From positions 229,527-293,526 of the forward strand of contig JBLNCA010000037.1 of NCBI GenBank assembly GCA_050260375.1: a stretch of DNA of 64,000 nt, written 5' to 3'. The position numbers were made by a program, and so were the translations under genes. A model generated the notes under the pieces. It was not told where the DNA came from. It did no database searches and was given only the letters and a program-made list of their open reading frames with translations. Numbering within the stretch: the first letter of the stretch is position 1; every line of letters begins with the position of its first letter. This document shows positions 39,001 to 47,989 of the stretch, one piece after another. Source of the DNA: Burkholderiales bacterium. GTDB lineage: Bacteria > Bacillota > Clostridia > Christensenellales > SZUA-584.

Positions 39001-40263
39001 TTACTGTGCAGCTTCATCTATGAAACTACTGATGATCAAGAAACTGTGATGGCAGAAGTGCTTACACAGTTCAATGGTCGTGGACAACTTCGGCAAGCGA
39101 TGACATCAATCCTTGCTGACAAAACGGTAATGCTTTCAGCGTTTAAGCAATTTATGTTTTTAAAGGTTAAGGAAATAGAAAATTTAAGCAAAAGCCTTGA
39201 CTTGACCGATAAAGACATTTTTGATGCGCTTCGAATCTATCTACAGGATTCGATATCAGCCTGGCGCGAAGAACAAGTGGCAGAAAAACTTACAGAATTA
39301 GCGCAAGAATTCAAAGTGATTGATACCATTAAATCCGAAATTGGCGCGAACGTAAAAACCTATCGCGCCGTACAAAATGCTTTAAATAATGTCTTTGAAC
39401 ATATGAAGGTACCTGGAACAGTCATAGAGACATTATCCGTTAGCTGGATTCCGGCATTAAAACTTTTACGAGAGATTTCAAAAGTACCATGGACTGAGCT
39501 TCCTAACAAAAAAGTTGTAGTTGCAACTCTAGAAGGAAGCGCAAAAATCGCATGGGAAAATCTCTCTCAGCCCAAGCAGCTTCTAGAAGCAGTCTTCAAT
39601 GCTCGCCGCATTATAGTTACTGATGATGAGCTGGAAGAGGTATATACTGCTCTAAAACAGCAGACATATGAAACGCCGATAAATGTTTTTGATACTAGGT
39701 TGAATGCATTGTTGGATAATGTTCAGTACACCCGTGACTCTGCAAAGGCTAAAGAACTATGGTATGATACCACGGGTACTAAAAGCGTACGTGATTGGTG
39801 TAATAACGCAAACATACCAATAGCGTGGTTGTTTGATGGAGCAAGCATTATGGCTATAAGGGCAATCAAGGCACTACAAGATGGACAAGTAGTAGAAAAA
39901 GATGCTCTTGCAAAAGCTATAACTTTCTTAAATGGCAGTGAGCTTGCTGTGCTCAAGGACCCGGTGTACATAGCTGACCGATTCTTTGCTCATATCGGCG
40001 AAAATTATCGTCCAGCATTCAATACTGACAGAAGGATTCTACTTGACAGGCTCAAGACTAATTCGAAGTTGACTTCAGACGTTTATACATGGGAAAACAA
40101 AATTCCCGAGATACGTGCTGTTCTTGACTCCTATTTGCAGAAAAAATATATTGATGAAGCCAAGAAGCGTATAGGGTCAAAGATGTCTGAGAAGGAACTA
40201 AAAGATATCGTACTTAAGCTTCTTGATGAGAATCCTGAACTATACAGCTATTTCCTAAATTAG
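36028..40263 (+). CDS. brxC: BrxC/SspC-like large P-loop ATPase
   Basis: Walker A GAYGTGKS, Walker B IVFIWDEF, CPIHP, SQRTLFRF; ATG 36028 after AAGGAG. Confidence 0.75.
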   Translation: MKYSNYIELSANYESVVDLDAEKRNPNLWQEYIVHDDMKNAIDAICQTMLWEDNDKRRSFWIHGAYGTGKSYAAIVLKHLFEDSITNIEPFLSRPSLAEYKKRFLKIREKGEFLVVWKSGATDIKSGTHLMMEMEVKIKEKLKEKFGEKAYYGTSSLINAAKDAINDKSINWTYLFTDIQYGLSDQYSDFDEFQQAVLDGDSDAIHLVKRICDDNKRTMFTGVVDRFEEWIKDIIAGNKLSDTGIVFIWDEFTGFLRDCGDDNVLQRLSELCKSVDKDGKAKPNAPFFMCLIVHRDPTWVSELGDETYERILHRYHELKFHITESAAYDLIGDSIIPRPGMETQWEEVKKDLMKSIENYKIEFDNLDQSININERLAKLCPIHPMTLAMLATVAEHFGASQRTLFRFMKDEAKSSKGVGFIHYIENNEPNKWQWLTVDYLWDYFFTIESDSRDKDVKTFTPETLKAIHHFQNKADSISDEYALHVFKAALLLIAVMSGSNISNLYSKQNRPSRKIGATRNTLYKCFRGQLDQATIDEYLTSFKEIGLLSIGEMLNGDARLELPYTGSTDTFDVRLEMTKKKYTRYALFATKGIFSKIIENGMWDPTRATAGRVYIAACSSETNSLSARLGEVKKELQNHPYKIGILVVTVSEAREYTSFQAKIKQLSLEDDSKRLVIAMLREPCTADLLDRWHKAITHKELCAEEGKSGDASKYETEANMIVATWAGPALDSQIYACYGDIQFTGVYGKSDLMKRIEKDVIYTVFPAAPERLVTVNTAYRKCTDKVVLAGLTKEVTNAQVNNIVNALKAIGAWEINDLGGLISLSGTNAEVISTLASYFQQEFSQGAKISLDLLWAKLQQPPFGYYNSMTVGCFIGLVMRSLVNGSFNWFDGVNTLPPTAGNLASMVSKMLDGKTINHNLSSGSAIWQKFKQYIQKLFGLSAQEVVSDAEARKFIKQTITRTGVPFWAIKYLPSDKFGGDEFKSIVIRITDLLCSFIYETTDDQETVMAEVLTQFNGRGQLRQAMTSILADKTVMLSAFKQFMFLKVKEIENLSKSLDLTDKDIFDALRIYLQDSISAWREEQVAEKLTELAQEFKVIDTIKSEIGANVKTYRAVQNALNNVFEHMKVPGTVIETLSVSWIPALKLLREISKVPWTELPNKKVVVATLEGSAKIAWENLSQPKQLLEAVFNARRIIVTDDELEEVYTALKQQTYETPINVFDTRLNALLDNVQYTRDSAKAKELWYDTTGTKSVRDWCNNANIPIAWLFDGASIMAIRAIKALQDGQVVEKDALAKAITFLNGSELAVLKDPVYIADRFFAHIGENYRPAFNTDRRILLDRLKTNSKLTSDVYTWENKIPEIRAVLDSYLQKKYIDEAKKRIGSKMSEKELKDIVLKLLDENPELYSYFLN

Positions 40264-40275
40264 GAGGGCGTTGCG

Positions 40276-42393
40276 ATGAATATTGCTGAAATTATCTTTA
40301 AGGTGTCCAATGAGCGTCAAACACCTGGTAGATTTCCGACGCGATTAATATTTGCCCACAACTTCACCGACTATCTATCCTTGGTCGGTGAGCTTAAGGC
40401 TGTATGCGATGAGGTAATTGACCTATCTGCTTTTACTAAAGGAGATGTTCTACCCCGCTTTAAGGATTTCAAAAACGAGTTAGCCAAGCATTCGGGAAAG
40501 CAATTACTTCTGCTCTCAGTTGGAGAATATCTTCGCATTTGTATAAAGCGTGAACGTGATAAGGCAACCGCTAATTTCCCTGGTATATGGGAGCAACTGC
40601 AGCCAGAAAGTTCTACAACAAAGTATATAATCCCGATATTTGGAGGCAGAGAAATATTTGATTCCATAATGCCAATTCAAGATGAGCGGCAGCAACAATT
40701 CATTTGGGAGGTAAATGAGTCTTCAAGCGAATCTGAGTACAGCATTACTATCTATTCCCCTGATTTCAAGGAGGCAATTGCTGCAGATGCCATGAATTTG
40801 CAAGAATGGTTTCTGAAGTGGACATCATTATTTGGTGACAAAAACCGAAAAAGCTTTTCACTCCTAACTAAATTGTACCGATATGCGGAACCTGTATACG
40901 GCGGAGTTCGCTTGAACATCGTTGATGAACCATTTGCCTATGTTGCTTCTCTTGTTACCGATGGCGAGAAGCTTAATAAGAATGATGGCAACGAAAAATT
41001 TTGGAAATTCATTGCTCAAAACGTGAAACGGGATAAACCGTTTGCAGAAACCATTAAGTATTTACTTAATTTCGACCTCAATATTGACCCCATTAGTGCA
41101 TTAGCACGCTTTAACGAACTCTCGGATGATGAATTGAACTTGTTGCGCATATGGTACAAACTATACCCGTCAGACGACTACTACACATTTGCTATCAACA
41201 GGGCAGCAACAGCGAGAGAGATACCCGTTTCGCTTAGAGACTCCATTTTCGAATTACCTAAATTGTCGGACTCTTTCATCCGCCAAAGGACTGCTGCATT
41301 GAGGGTTCTAGACTTATCTTATAGTGAAAAATATTTTACAAGACTCGACAAAATCCCCGACCCTGAATCCAGGTTGATGATGCTGACATACAGGACACTT
41401 GCGGAACGCGCATATGCTGTGAAAACAATAAGCGGTCTTTTGCGTAGCGGCGCTGATGTCAACGCTCTTGTTGAGCAACTCAAATTCGATTACCCTGATT
41501 TGGCCGAATATTTAAATCCTGATGCTACTAACTCAATATCAGGAGAAGTAAAACAGTATTTCAATTGGTATCGTCGTAGTAAATTGATAAATAGGCCTAA
41601 CACAGATATACCTTGTAGTATTGATTTTGATGGTATTGATAGCAGAAATAAAGTAATTCAACAAAATAGCAGCAACGATAGTCTTCAGTTTTGGATCGAC
41701 GGATTAGGTGCAGAATGGATTCCCGTATTATTAAGAAGACTAAATTCTCTTGGCATTGAGGTTACCGTGAAGGCACTAATTACAAAGGCGCTTTTACCTA
41801 CGGAAACTGAATTCAACCATAAATGGACGGCTACAGATGTTAAATGGGATCGGCTCGACAAACTCTCTCATAATGGCATGCCAGATGATAAGGATTATTT
41901 CCTGTGCATTGCCCGTCAATTGGAGATTATGAAAGAGATTGTTGAACATGTTTCAGAAATGCTGTTAAAAACAAATAGGGTTATTGTAACTGGAGATCAC
42001 GGTAGTAGCCGGCTTGCGGCTTTGCTCTTTCATGATGCGGAGAATTTTGCTATTGAGCCTCCTAAGAACGCAATCGTACGCTCTTTTGGAAGGTTTGTTG
42101 AGTTACAAGATGACAGTTATATAACATTAACAACTTCAATGGAGCGTACAGAAATTGACGGAAAACACTATATCGTTATGAAAACCCATGAGCACTTTAA
42201 ACAATCAGGCAATGCGGCAGGCGGAAATACCGACGAGAAGGCTGTTGCTGGGGAAATACACGGTGGTATGACACCTGAGGAATATCTTGTGCCTGTAATA
42301 ATCGTAACTCGCAAAATTCCACTATCTCCCAAAGAAACAACAAAAAAACCAAAGGGAATAACGATTAATGATGATATACTGGGGTTGCCATAA
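40276..42393 (+). CDS. pglZ: PglZ alkaline-phosphatase-fold protein (BREX type 4)
   Basis: WIDGLG, LPTET, TGDHG, HGGMTPEEYLVP. Confidence 0.88.
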   Translation: MNIAEIIFKVSNERQTPGRFPTRLIFAHNFTDYLSLVGELKAVCDEVIDLSAFTKGDVLPRFKDFKNELAKHSGKQLLLLSVGEYLRICIKRERDKATANFPGIWEQLQPESSTTKYIIPIFGGREIFDSIMPIQDERQQQFIWEVNESSSESEYSITIYSPDFKEAIAADAMNLQEWFLKWTSLFGDKNRKSFSLLTKLYRYAEPVYGGVRLNIVDEPFAYVASLVTDGEKLNKNDGNEKFWKFIAQNVKRDKPFAETIKYLLNFDLNIDPISALARFNELSDDELNLLRIWYKLYPSDDYYTFAINRAATAREIPVSLRDSIFELPKLSDSFIRQRTAALRVLDLSYSEKYFTRLDKIPDPESRLMMLTYRTLAERAYAVKTISGLLRSGADVNALVEQLKFDYPDLAEYLNPDATNSISGEVKQYFNWYRRSKLINRPNTDIPCSIDFDGIDSRNKVIQQNSSNDSLQFWIDGLGAEWIPVLLRRLNSLGIEVTVKALITKALLPTETEFNHKWTATDVKWDRLDKLSHNGMPDDKDYFLCIARQLEIMKEIVEHVSEMLLKTNRVIVTGDHGSSRLAALLFHDAENFAIEPPKNAIVRSFGRFVELQDDSYITLTTSMERTEIDGKHYIVMKTHEHFKQSGNAAGGNTDEKAVAGEIHGGMTPEEYLVPVIIVTRKIPLSPKETTKKPKGITINDDILGLP

Positions 42394-42593
42394 TGAGAGG
42401 GAAAAAGATATGCACTGAGTGCAATAAAATTTTGAATAAGGATGAAGTAGCGCTTACACAGAAAATGCTCGGAAAAGATATAAACGAGTTATACTGTATT
42501 GACTGCCTCGCAGAATATATTGATTGTGATCGCAGTGATTTGGAAATAAAAATTGAAGAATTCAAGGAACAAGGTTGTGCTTTGTTTCTTTAG
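42393..42593 (+). CDS. 66-aa Cys-rich putative zinc-binding protein
   Basis: CTEC...CIDC...GCALF; TAATG coupling to pglZ. Confidence 0.75.
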   Translation: MRGKKICTECNKILNKDEVALTQKMLGKDINELYCIDCLAEYIDCDRSDLEIKIEEFKEQGCALFL

Positions 42594-42604
42594 GAGGATA
42601 GCCA

Positions 42605-44038
42605 ATGGACAAGATTAAAGAAGTTTTCGCGGAGATGGTAGTACTTAAGAATCCTGAACGAACTAAGTTTTTTGCAGATCTTAGTCTACCGTCTTATATG
42701 AGAGACTGGCTTGTAATGAAATTTTCTGATGAAAACGGGAACATTGACTACAACGGTGTAGCTCGATACATAAAGAAATATATCCCTAACCGTGAGGATT
42801 ACGAGCAATTCAAATTCCAGATGGTCAACGGGGAGAGCATCCGTTTTCTTGCCAGAATTCGAGTTGGGGTTGATGTCAAAACGGGAAAGACATTATTTGA
42901 ATTACCAGACTTCGGTGGCACAAAGTCTGGCGCTGGTGGTGAAGTTGCCAACGACGTAGTCAGCAGATGGCAGGAGACATTGCTTCGTGAAAGCGAGAAC
43001 TGGGGAATCATTGACCTTGTGTGGGAACAGGACTTCTCTAAAAAACCTCCACGTGGATATGTCAAGTTGATTGGTTACCAGCCGTTTTGCCCATATAGTG
43101 TGGACTTGGAATTTTACCGAGAAGCCCGTAACAATTTCACAACCGAAGAGTGGCTTGATTTGCTTATCTCTGCCGTAGACTACAACCCAGGCGGATATGA
43201 TTCTGAGGAAGAAAAAATGTATTTTATCCGTCGCTTGTTACCTTTTGTTGAACGGCGAGTAAACTTGATTGAGCTTGCACCTCGTGGTACAGGTAAAAGC
43301 TATGTATATGAAAAAATCAGCAAACGCGGCTGGGTTGTTTCGGGTGGCACGGTATCAAGAGCTACCCTATTCTACGATAACAACTTGAAAACTGGAGGAC
43401 TTGTTACACGTTTCGACTATGTTGCATTTGATGAAATACAGAACATGAAATTTCTTGAACCTGCACAGATACAAGCCGCTCTTACTACCTATATGCAAGA
43501 CGGTATCGTTAAGGGGTTTGATTCTGAAATTCCTGCTAGTTCAGGGATTGTTGTTTTAGGGAATATAGAAGCGGAGAAATTTAACACACATGTTAATATG
43601 GTTGATGCAATAAACCCGATTTTCCGCAAAGCTGAAACACTTGATAGAATCCATGGATTCATTCCGGGATGGAAGATACCAAAATTTCATCAAAACTTAG
43701 TTGCTAAGGGTTGGGCTTTAAATACTGAATATTTTGCAGAAGTCCTACATTCACTACGTGATGAATTGCATTATTCAACTTTAGTGGATTCATGCATTGT
43801 AGTGCCACCAAAAGCATATAAGCGTGACCTTGATGCAATAACACGTCTTTGCACTGGATTTGTAAAGCTGTTATTTCCGCATGCAAAAACGAAGAATGAT
43901 ATTCCGCAGGATGAATTTGTTAAATATTGTCTTGAACCAGCTAAAGAAATGCGACAGGTGATAAGGAATCAATTGCATGTGATTGCTCCGAAAGAATACA
44001 TTAACCCTGACGTGCCAGATATTCAATACAAAGAATAG
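42605..44038 (+). CDS. brxL: BrxL-like AAA+ ATPase lacking the Lon protease domain
   Basis: EWLDLLISAVDYNP, ELAPRGTGKS, AFDEI, DRIHGFIPGW, MRQVIRNQL; ends at 477 aa. Confidence 0.85.
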   Translation: MDKIKEVFAEMVVLKNPERTKFFADLSLPSYMRDWLVMKFSDENGNIDYNGVARYIKKYIPNREDYEQFKFQMVNGESIRFLARIRVGVDVKTGKTLFELPDFGGTKSGAGGEVANDVVSRWQETLLRESENWGIIDLVWEQDFSKKPPRGYVKLIGYQPFCPYSVDLEFYREARNNFTTEEWLDLLISAVDYNPGGYDSEEEKMYFIRRLLPFVERRVNLIELAPRGTGKSYVYEKISKRGWVVSGGTVSRATLFYDNNLKTGGLVTRFDYVAFDEIQNMKFLEPAQIQAALTTYMQDGIVKGFDSEIPASSGIVVLGNIEAEKFNTHVNMVDAINPIFRKAETLDRIHGFIPGWKIPKFHQNLVAKGWALNTEYFAEVLHSLRDELHYSTLVDSCIVVPPKAYKRDLDAITRLCTGFVKLLFPHAKTKNDIPQDEFVKYCLEPAKEMRQVIRNQLHVIAPKEYINPDVPDIQYKE

Positions 44039-44059
44039 AAGAAAAGGAGGGGTATCGTA

Positions 44060-45196
44060 TTGATTTATGCAGATAATGCTGCCACAACTAAACTTGATAA
44101 TGAAGCCTTTGAAGCAATGATTCCGTGGCTGCGAGATAACTATGGTAATCCATCTGCCCCATATTCATTTTCGCGTGCTGAACGGAAAGCAATTGCAGAG
44201 GCACGTGAAATTATCGCAGATTGTATTAATGCTAAACCAGATGAAATATTTTTCACATCCGGCGGCACCGAGAGTAATAACTGGTCTATAAAAGGTATCA
44301 CACAATATTATAACCTAAATGGTGCCTTTAACGCTCGGCGAACAATTATTACTTCACCTATTGAACATCATGCAGTATTGAATTCTTGCAACACATTGGA
44401 GCGTAATGGCTACCCTGTCCTTTATTTGCCCGTTAAACAAGATGGATTGATTGATTCTAATGTTCTTAAAGATTACATAACAGATACTTCGATAGTTGTG
44501 TCTGTTATGCTTGCTAACAATGAAATTGGAACAATACAGCCAATAAAAAAGATAGCTGAAATCGCACACCAGCATGGGGCACACATGCACACTGATGCAG
44601 TACAAGCAGTTGGACATATTCCAGTAAATGTACAAGACCTATGTGTTGATTTACTTTCTGCATCTGCTCATAAGTTTCACGGCCCAAAAGGTGTGGGTTT
44701 TTTATACATACGTAAAGGAACTAATATTTTACCGTATATCGATGGCGGTGCTCAAGAAAAAAGACTCCGTGCTGGAACAGAAAATGTGGCAGGTATTGTC
44801 GGAATGGCTGTTGCACTAAAGAATTGTGTTAGCCAAATGCAAAAAGAAGCTGAACGATTAAAGATAATAACTGAACGATTTTACAGTGAGCTTGATAAAT
44901 TTGGGATAGATTATGTTATTAACGGGGATAAAAGCAAAAGGCTTCCAGGCAATATTAATATTTCAATAAAACATTCTAATGGAGAAATGCTGCTTCATCG
45001 CCTTGATCTGAAAGGTATATATATATCCACCGGAGCAGCTTGTGATTCTAAAGAAACAAAACTTTCACATGTCATTGAAGCAATTCGGGTTCCAAAAGAG
45101 TACGCTGAAGGAACACTTCGAATCTCTTTTGGAAGGGAAAATACTGTTGATGACAGTGTTACTATTGCTGCTGCAATCTCTGCCATTGTTCGTTAA
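44060..45196 (+). CDS. Cysteine desulfurase (IscS/DndA/SspA-like)
   Basis: YADNAATT, FTSGGTE, SAHKFHGPKG, RAGTEN, catalytic STGAAC. Confidence 0.93.
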   Translation: MIYADNAATTKLDNEAFEAMIPWLRDNYGNPSAPYSFSRAERKAIAEAREIIADCINAKPDEIFFTSGGTESNNWSIKGITQYYNLNGAFNARRTIITSPIEHHAVLNSCNTLERNGYPVLYLPVKQDGLIDSNVLKDYITDTSIVVSVMLANNEIGTIQPIKKIAEIAHQHGAHMHTDAVQAVGHIPVNVQDLCVDLLSASAHKFHGPKGVGFLYIRKGTNILPYIDGGAQEKRLRAGTENVAGIVGMAVALKNCVSQMQKEAERLKIITERFYSELDKFGIDYVINGDKSKRLPGNINISIKHSNGEMLLHRLDLKGIYISTGAACDSKETKLSHVIEAIRVPKEYAEGTLRISFGRENTVDDSVTIAAAISAIVR

Positions 45197-45245
45197 CGAT
45201 TCCAATGCTATCGCTCTAGTAGAGGTACCGGGTTATAAACCATAT

Positions 45246-45501
45246 GTTGACTTATTCCCGCGAACGGACAAAAGCTGTTGAACTGTTCCCGCGAACAGAT
45301 AGTACCCATCAAATCCAGTATCGACCTATTTCCGCGAACGAGCAAAACGAAAAATACAGACCAGACATCGAGGTGAGCCTATCGTTCCACGTTGAGACGG
45401 CTGTACTTTTGTCCAAACAGCGGCCAAAGGACAGAATCCAGGTTGAATTAGATACGAAAGAGATGGATATCACCTCTGACGAGACGAAAGCGAACTATTA
45501 A
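45246..45501 (+). repeat. Tandem rlmD/rumA 3'-end-like attachment-site remnants
   Basis: 21-nt repeats at 45246, 45277 and 45320 reading VDLFPRT/VELFPRT/IDLFPRT, then HVETAVLLSK...DITSDETKANY* from 45388. Confidence 0.7.
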
Positions 45502-45538
45502 GTTGTTGCTACAATGAGAATGGGAAAGATAAGCAATT

Positions 45539-46222
45539 ATGAATTTGAGGGATATTAATTACCTTGGCATTGAGCGTGTTCTCCGGAGAGGAAGCGGAAA
45601 AGTAATAGAAGAGTATGAAAATGCGCTTTTGGTTTTTGATCATGTGAGCCAGGCATATTTTCTTGCCTGTGAAGATAAAGCGCTGGGTATATCTCTCCTT
45701 GATAAGCATAATGCTTGGGATTTTCCACTTCTTATGACTTCGAATTACGAGATTGGGAAAACGGCCTTTGAAAGATACGTATTTCAGGAAAAGCTCGACT
45801 GTTACCAGGTGGCTTATTTTGGGGAAAAACCGGATATAAGCACACGACTTGTTTTTAGAGTAGCTGATAATAACGACGTTCCCCAGATTATGAAAGTCTA
45901 TGATATGAATAGTGCCGAAGAGATGTATAAAGTGGTAAATAGGAAGTCTCTTATTCTCGGATATGAAGGAGAAAGCCTTGCCGGATTTATAGGAGAGCAC
46001 CTGGAGGGTAGCATGGGTATGCTTTATATATTTCCTGAATTCAGAGGAAAAGGATATGGAACAGAACTTGAGAGAAAATATATTGCTGATACAATGGAGA
46101 GAGGATTTATCCCATTCGGTCAGGTAGAAAAGAATAATGTAATTTCCCTGGCTCTCCAGAAAAAGCTTGGAATGACTCAGTCTGAAAATTTAATATGCTG
46201 GATGTGGCGCAGCAAATTGTAA
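45539..46222 (+). CDS. GNAT family N-acetyltransferase
   Basis: LYIFPEFRGKGYG acetyl-CoA motif; NVISLALQKKLG. Confidence 0.85.
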   Translation: MNLRDINYLGIERVLRRGSGKVIEEYENALLVFDHVSQAYFLACEDKALGISLLDKHNAWDFPLLMTSNYEIGKTAFERYVFQEKLDCYQVAYFGEKPDISTRLVFRVADNNDVPQIMKVYDMNSAEEMYKVVNRKSLILGYEGESLAGFIGEHLEGSMGMLYIFPEFRGKGYGTELERKYIADTMERGFIPFGQVEKNNVISLALQKKLGMTQSENLICWMWRSKL

Positions 46223-46251
46223 TTGCTCTGCAAAGAAGAGTCAAACTCTCC

Positions 46252-46308
46252 GGCCTCTTCCACAGAACGGGACAAGCGGAGTGCGTAGTTTTGATAACAA
46301 GACTGTAA
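46252..46308 (+). repeat. Degenerate rlmD 3' end (att-like)
   Basis: Reads GLFHRTGQAECVVLITRL*, resembling the RlmD C-terminus DLFPRTxHVExVVLL. Confidence 0.55.
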
Positions 46309-46422
46309 TCATTTTCATAACGGTATGAGCATTAGTAATTTCATTCTGAAAGCCGGTAGTCAGAACTTTATTCTTAAGTTATAATTAGATGTTACTTAAC
46401 ATAAGAACAAGGTATTGACTAT

Positions 46423-47151
46423 ATGAAATTACTGATTATACGCCATGCTGACCCGGATTATGAAAAAGATACACTAACCGAAAAGGGCTGGAAAGAAGCA
46501 GAGCTTTTATCAAACAGGGTATCAGCTATGGATATAAAGGAATTTTATGTTTCTCCGCTTGGAAGAGCACGTGATACAGCAAATGTCACATTAAATAAAA
46601 TGAACCGTACTGCAGAAGTATTACCATGGCTTAGAGAATTTCATGCTCCGATATATGATGAAAATTTGGGCAGGGAGAGGATTTGCTGGGATCTCCTTCC
46701 GCAGGATTGGACATCGATTAATGAGTATTATGATAAAGACCTCTGGCATACAGTGCCGGCTATGAAAAAGGGCAATGTAATATCGGAGGCAAATAAGGTT
46801 TTTGAAGGAATTGATAAGATTATACGAAAAAACGGATATGTTCGTGAAGGTAATTTGTACCGGGCAATTAATCCGAATAGGAATACCATAGCTTTTTTCT
46901 GCCATTTTGGCGTTGAATGTGTAATCTTAAGCCACCTCTTAGGAATCTCACCTGTAGTTTTATGGCACGGATTTTGTGCTTCACCAACTTCTGTAACCAC
47001 CCTTGTAACGGAAGAGCGCAGAAAAGGGATTGCCTGTTTTAGAATGATTGCATTCGGAGATATCTCACATCTATACATAGCAGGAGAAGCCCCCTCTTTC
47101 TCGGCCAGGTTTTGTGAAACCTATGACAATTTTGATGAACGTCATGATTAA
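46423..47151 (+). CDS. Histidine phosphatase family protein
   Basis: IIRHADP, SPLGRARDT, LREF, FCH. Confidence 0.85.
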   Translation: MKLLIIRHADPDYEKDTLTEKGWKEAELLSNRVSAMDIKEFYVSPLGRARDTANVTLNKMNRTAEVLPWLREFHAPIYDENLGRERICWDLLPQDWTSINEYYDKDLWHTVPAMKKGNVISEANKVFEGIDKIIRKNGYVREGNLYRAINPNRNTIAFFCHFGVECVILSHLLGISPVVLWHGFCASPTSVTTLVTEERRKGIACFRMIAFGDISHLYIAGEAPSFSARFCETYDNFDERHD

Positions 47152-47159
47152 TATTTAAG

Positions 47160-47610
47160 ATTCGCTGGTAATCCAAACCCCGATATAAGAAGCAGCGAAA
47201 TATCGCCGATATTGCCGAAACGGTGTTGTTATTTCAGTTGGCTATAACGGTTTGTTTAGCAAGCCTGCAAGGGTTTATAGGACACGTTTTCATAAGCGAA
47301 CAGATTGCCGCGCAAATCGGCTGGGTATCGAACGGCTTTCAAAAGGAACTGGGCTTTGTTTCGCTGGGAATCGCGAGCGGGCTTTATGTGCATATGGTTA
47401 AGAGGAAGGTTCTGGCTGGCTGTAATCATTATCTTTTCGGCATTTTATCTGGGGGCGGCGGCCATTCATATAGAAGAAATGGTGCTTATCGGTAATTTCA
47501 ATCCCGGGAGCGTATACCCCGCGATAGTGGATATTCTTATTCCTCTCACGCTCATTGTGTGCTGGCTGCTGAAGGCAAAAAAGGAAGAACGCCTGACAAA
47601 GAAGCAGTAA
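47160..47610 (+). pseudogene. Frameshifted, 5'-truncated membrane protein (DUF6790-like)
   Basis: IAAQIGW..FQKELGFVSLG in one frame, AAAIHIEEM..GNFNPG in another. Confidence 0.55.
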
Positions 47611-47989
47611 GAAAAATCTCGCTGCTTCATCCGTCGCAATGCGGCGGGCGTTGTGACGAAGGCGTGAATACTTCCGTTAAGACCTTCGGCCATGCCAGAT
47701 TCCCAACGGGGCTGTTCAATATTTGCTAAACAAACAGCCTTGAGTCCAGAAATTGGGTCATTATAAATGCTATTTATATAATATGAGAAATGATTCATTT
47801 TGGACAAGGTTATTAGTATATAAATGGATCACTGAGAAACCTTCCAGCAATTCTATCGGTTCAGTATTTTTTATAGTTGTTATTGTTGGAATATTTTTGT
47901 TACACTTACCATGGTGGGTTTGCGTTTTGTTAATAATCATTAGTGCAACAGGGATTGGCAGGAAATAGATAACTGAAGAGGATACTGCT

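Larger units (their letters stand above)
1..45400. mobile_element. HK97-like siphovirus prophage (left part outside window), probably including the plus-strand defence cargo up to the rlmD-like att scars
   Basis: Contiguous minus-strand tail/head/packaging/replication genes over 1-28029. The right boundary is inferred from rlmD-3'-end-like repeats at 45246-45414; the phage core is secure but the boundary is not. Confidence 0.75.

Noticed and set aside
44060-45196. Housekeeping iscS/nifS
   Set aside because: No iscU, iscR, mnmA or thiI neighbours; it closely follows brxL in the AT-rich block, so a system-specific role is more likely, though not proven
45246-45340. Short direct repeats with unique spacers as a mini-CRISPR array
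   Set aside because: Repeats are only 21 nt, vary mostly at synonymous positions, spacers are 10 and 22 nt, and there are no cas genes; they read as the RlmD C-terminal motif
45244-45501. 85-aa ORF as a real gene
   Set aside because: It is a patchwork of att-like rlmD fragments with no convincing RBS
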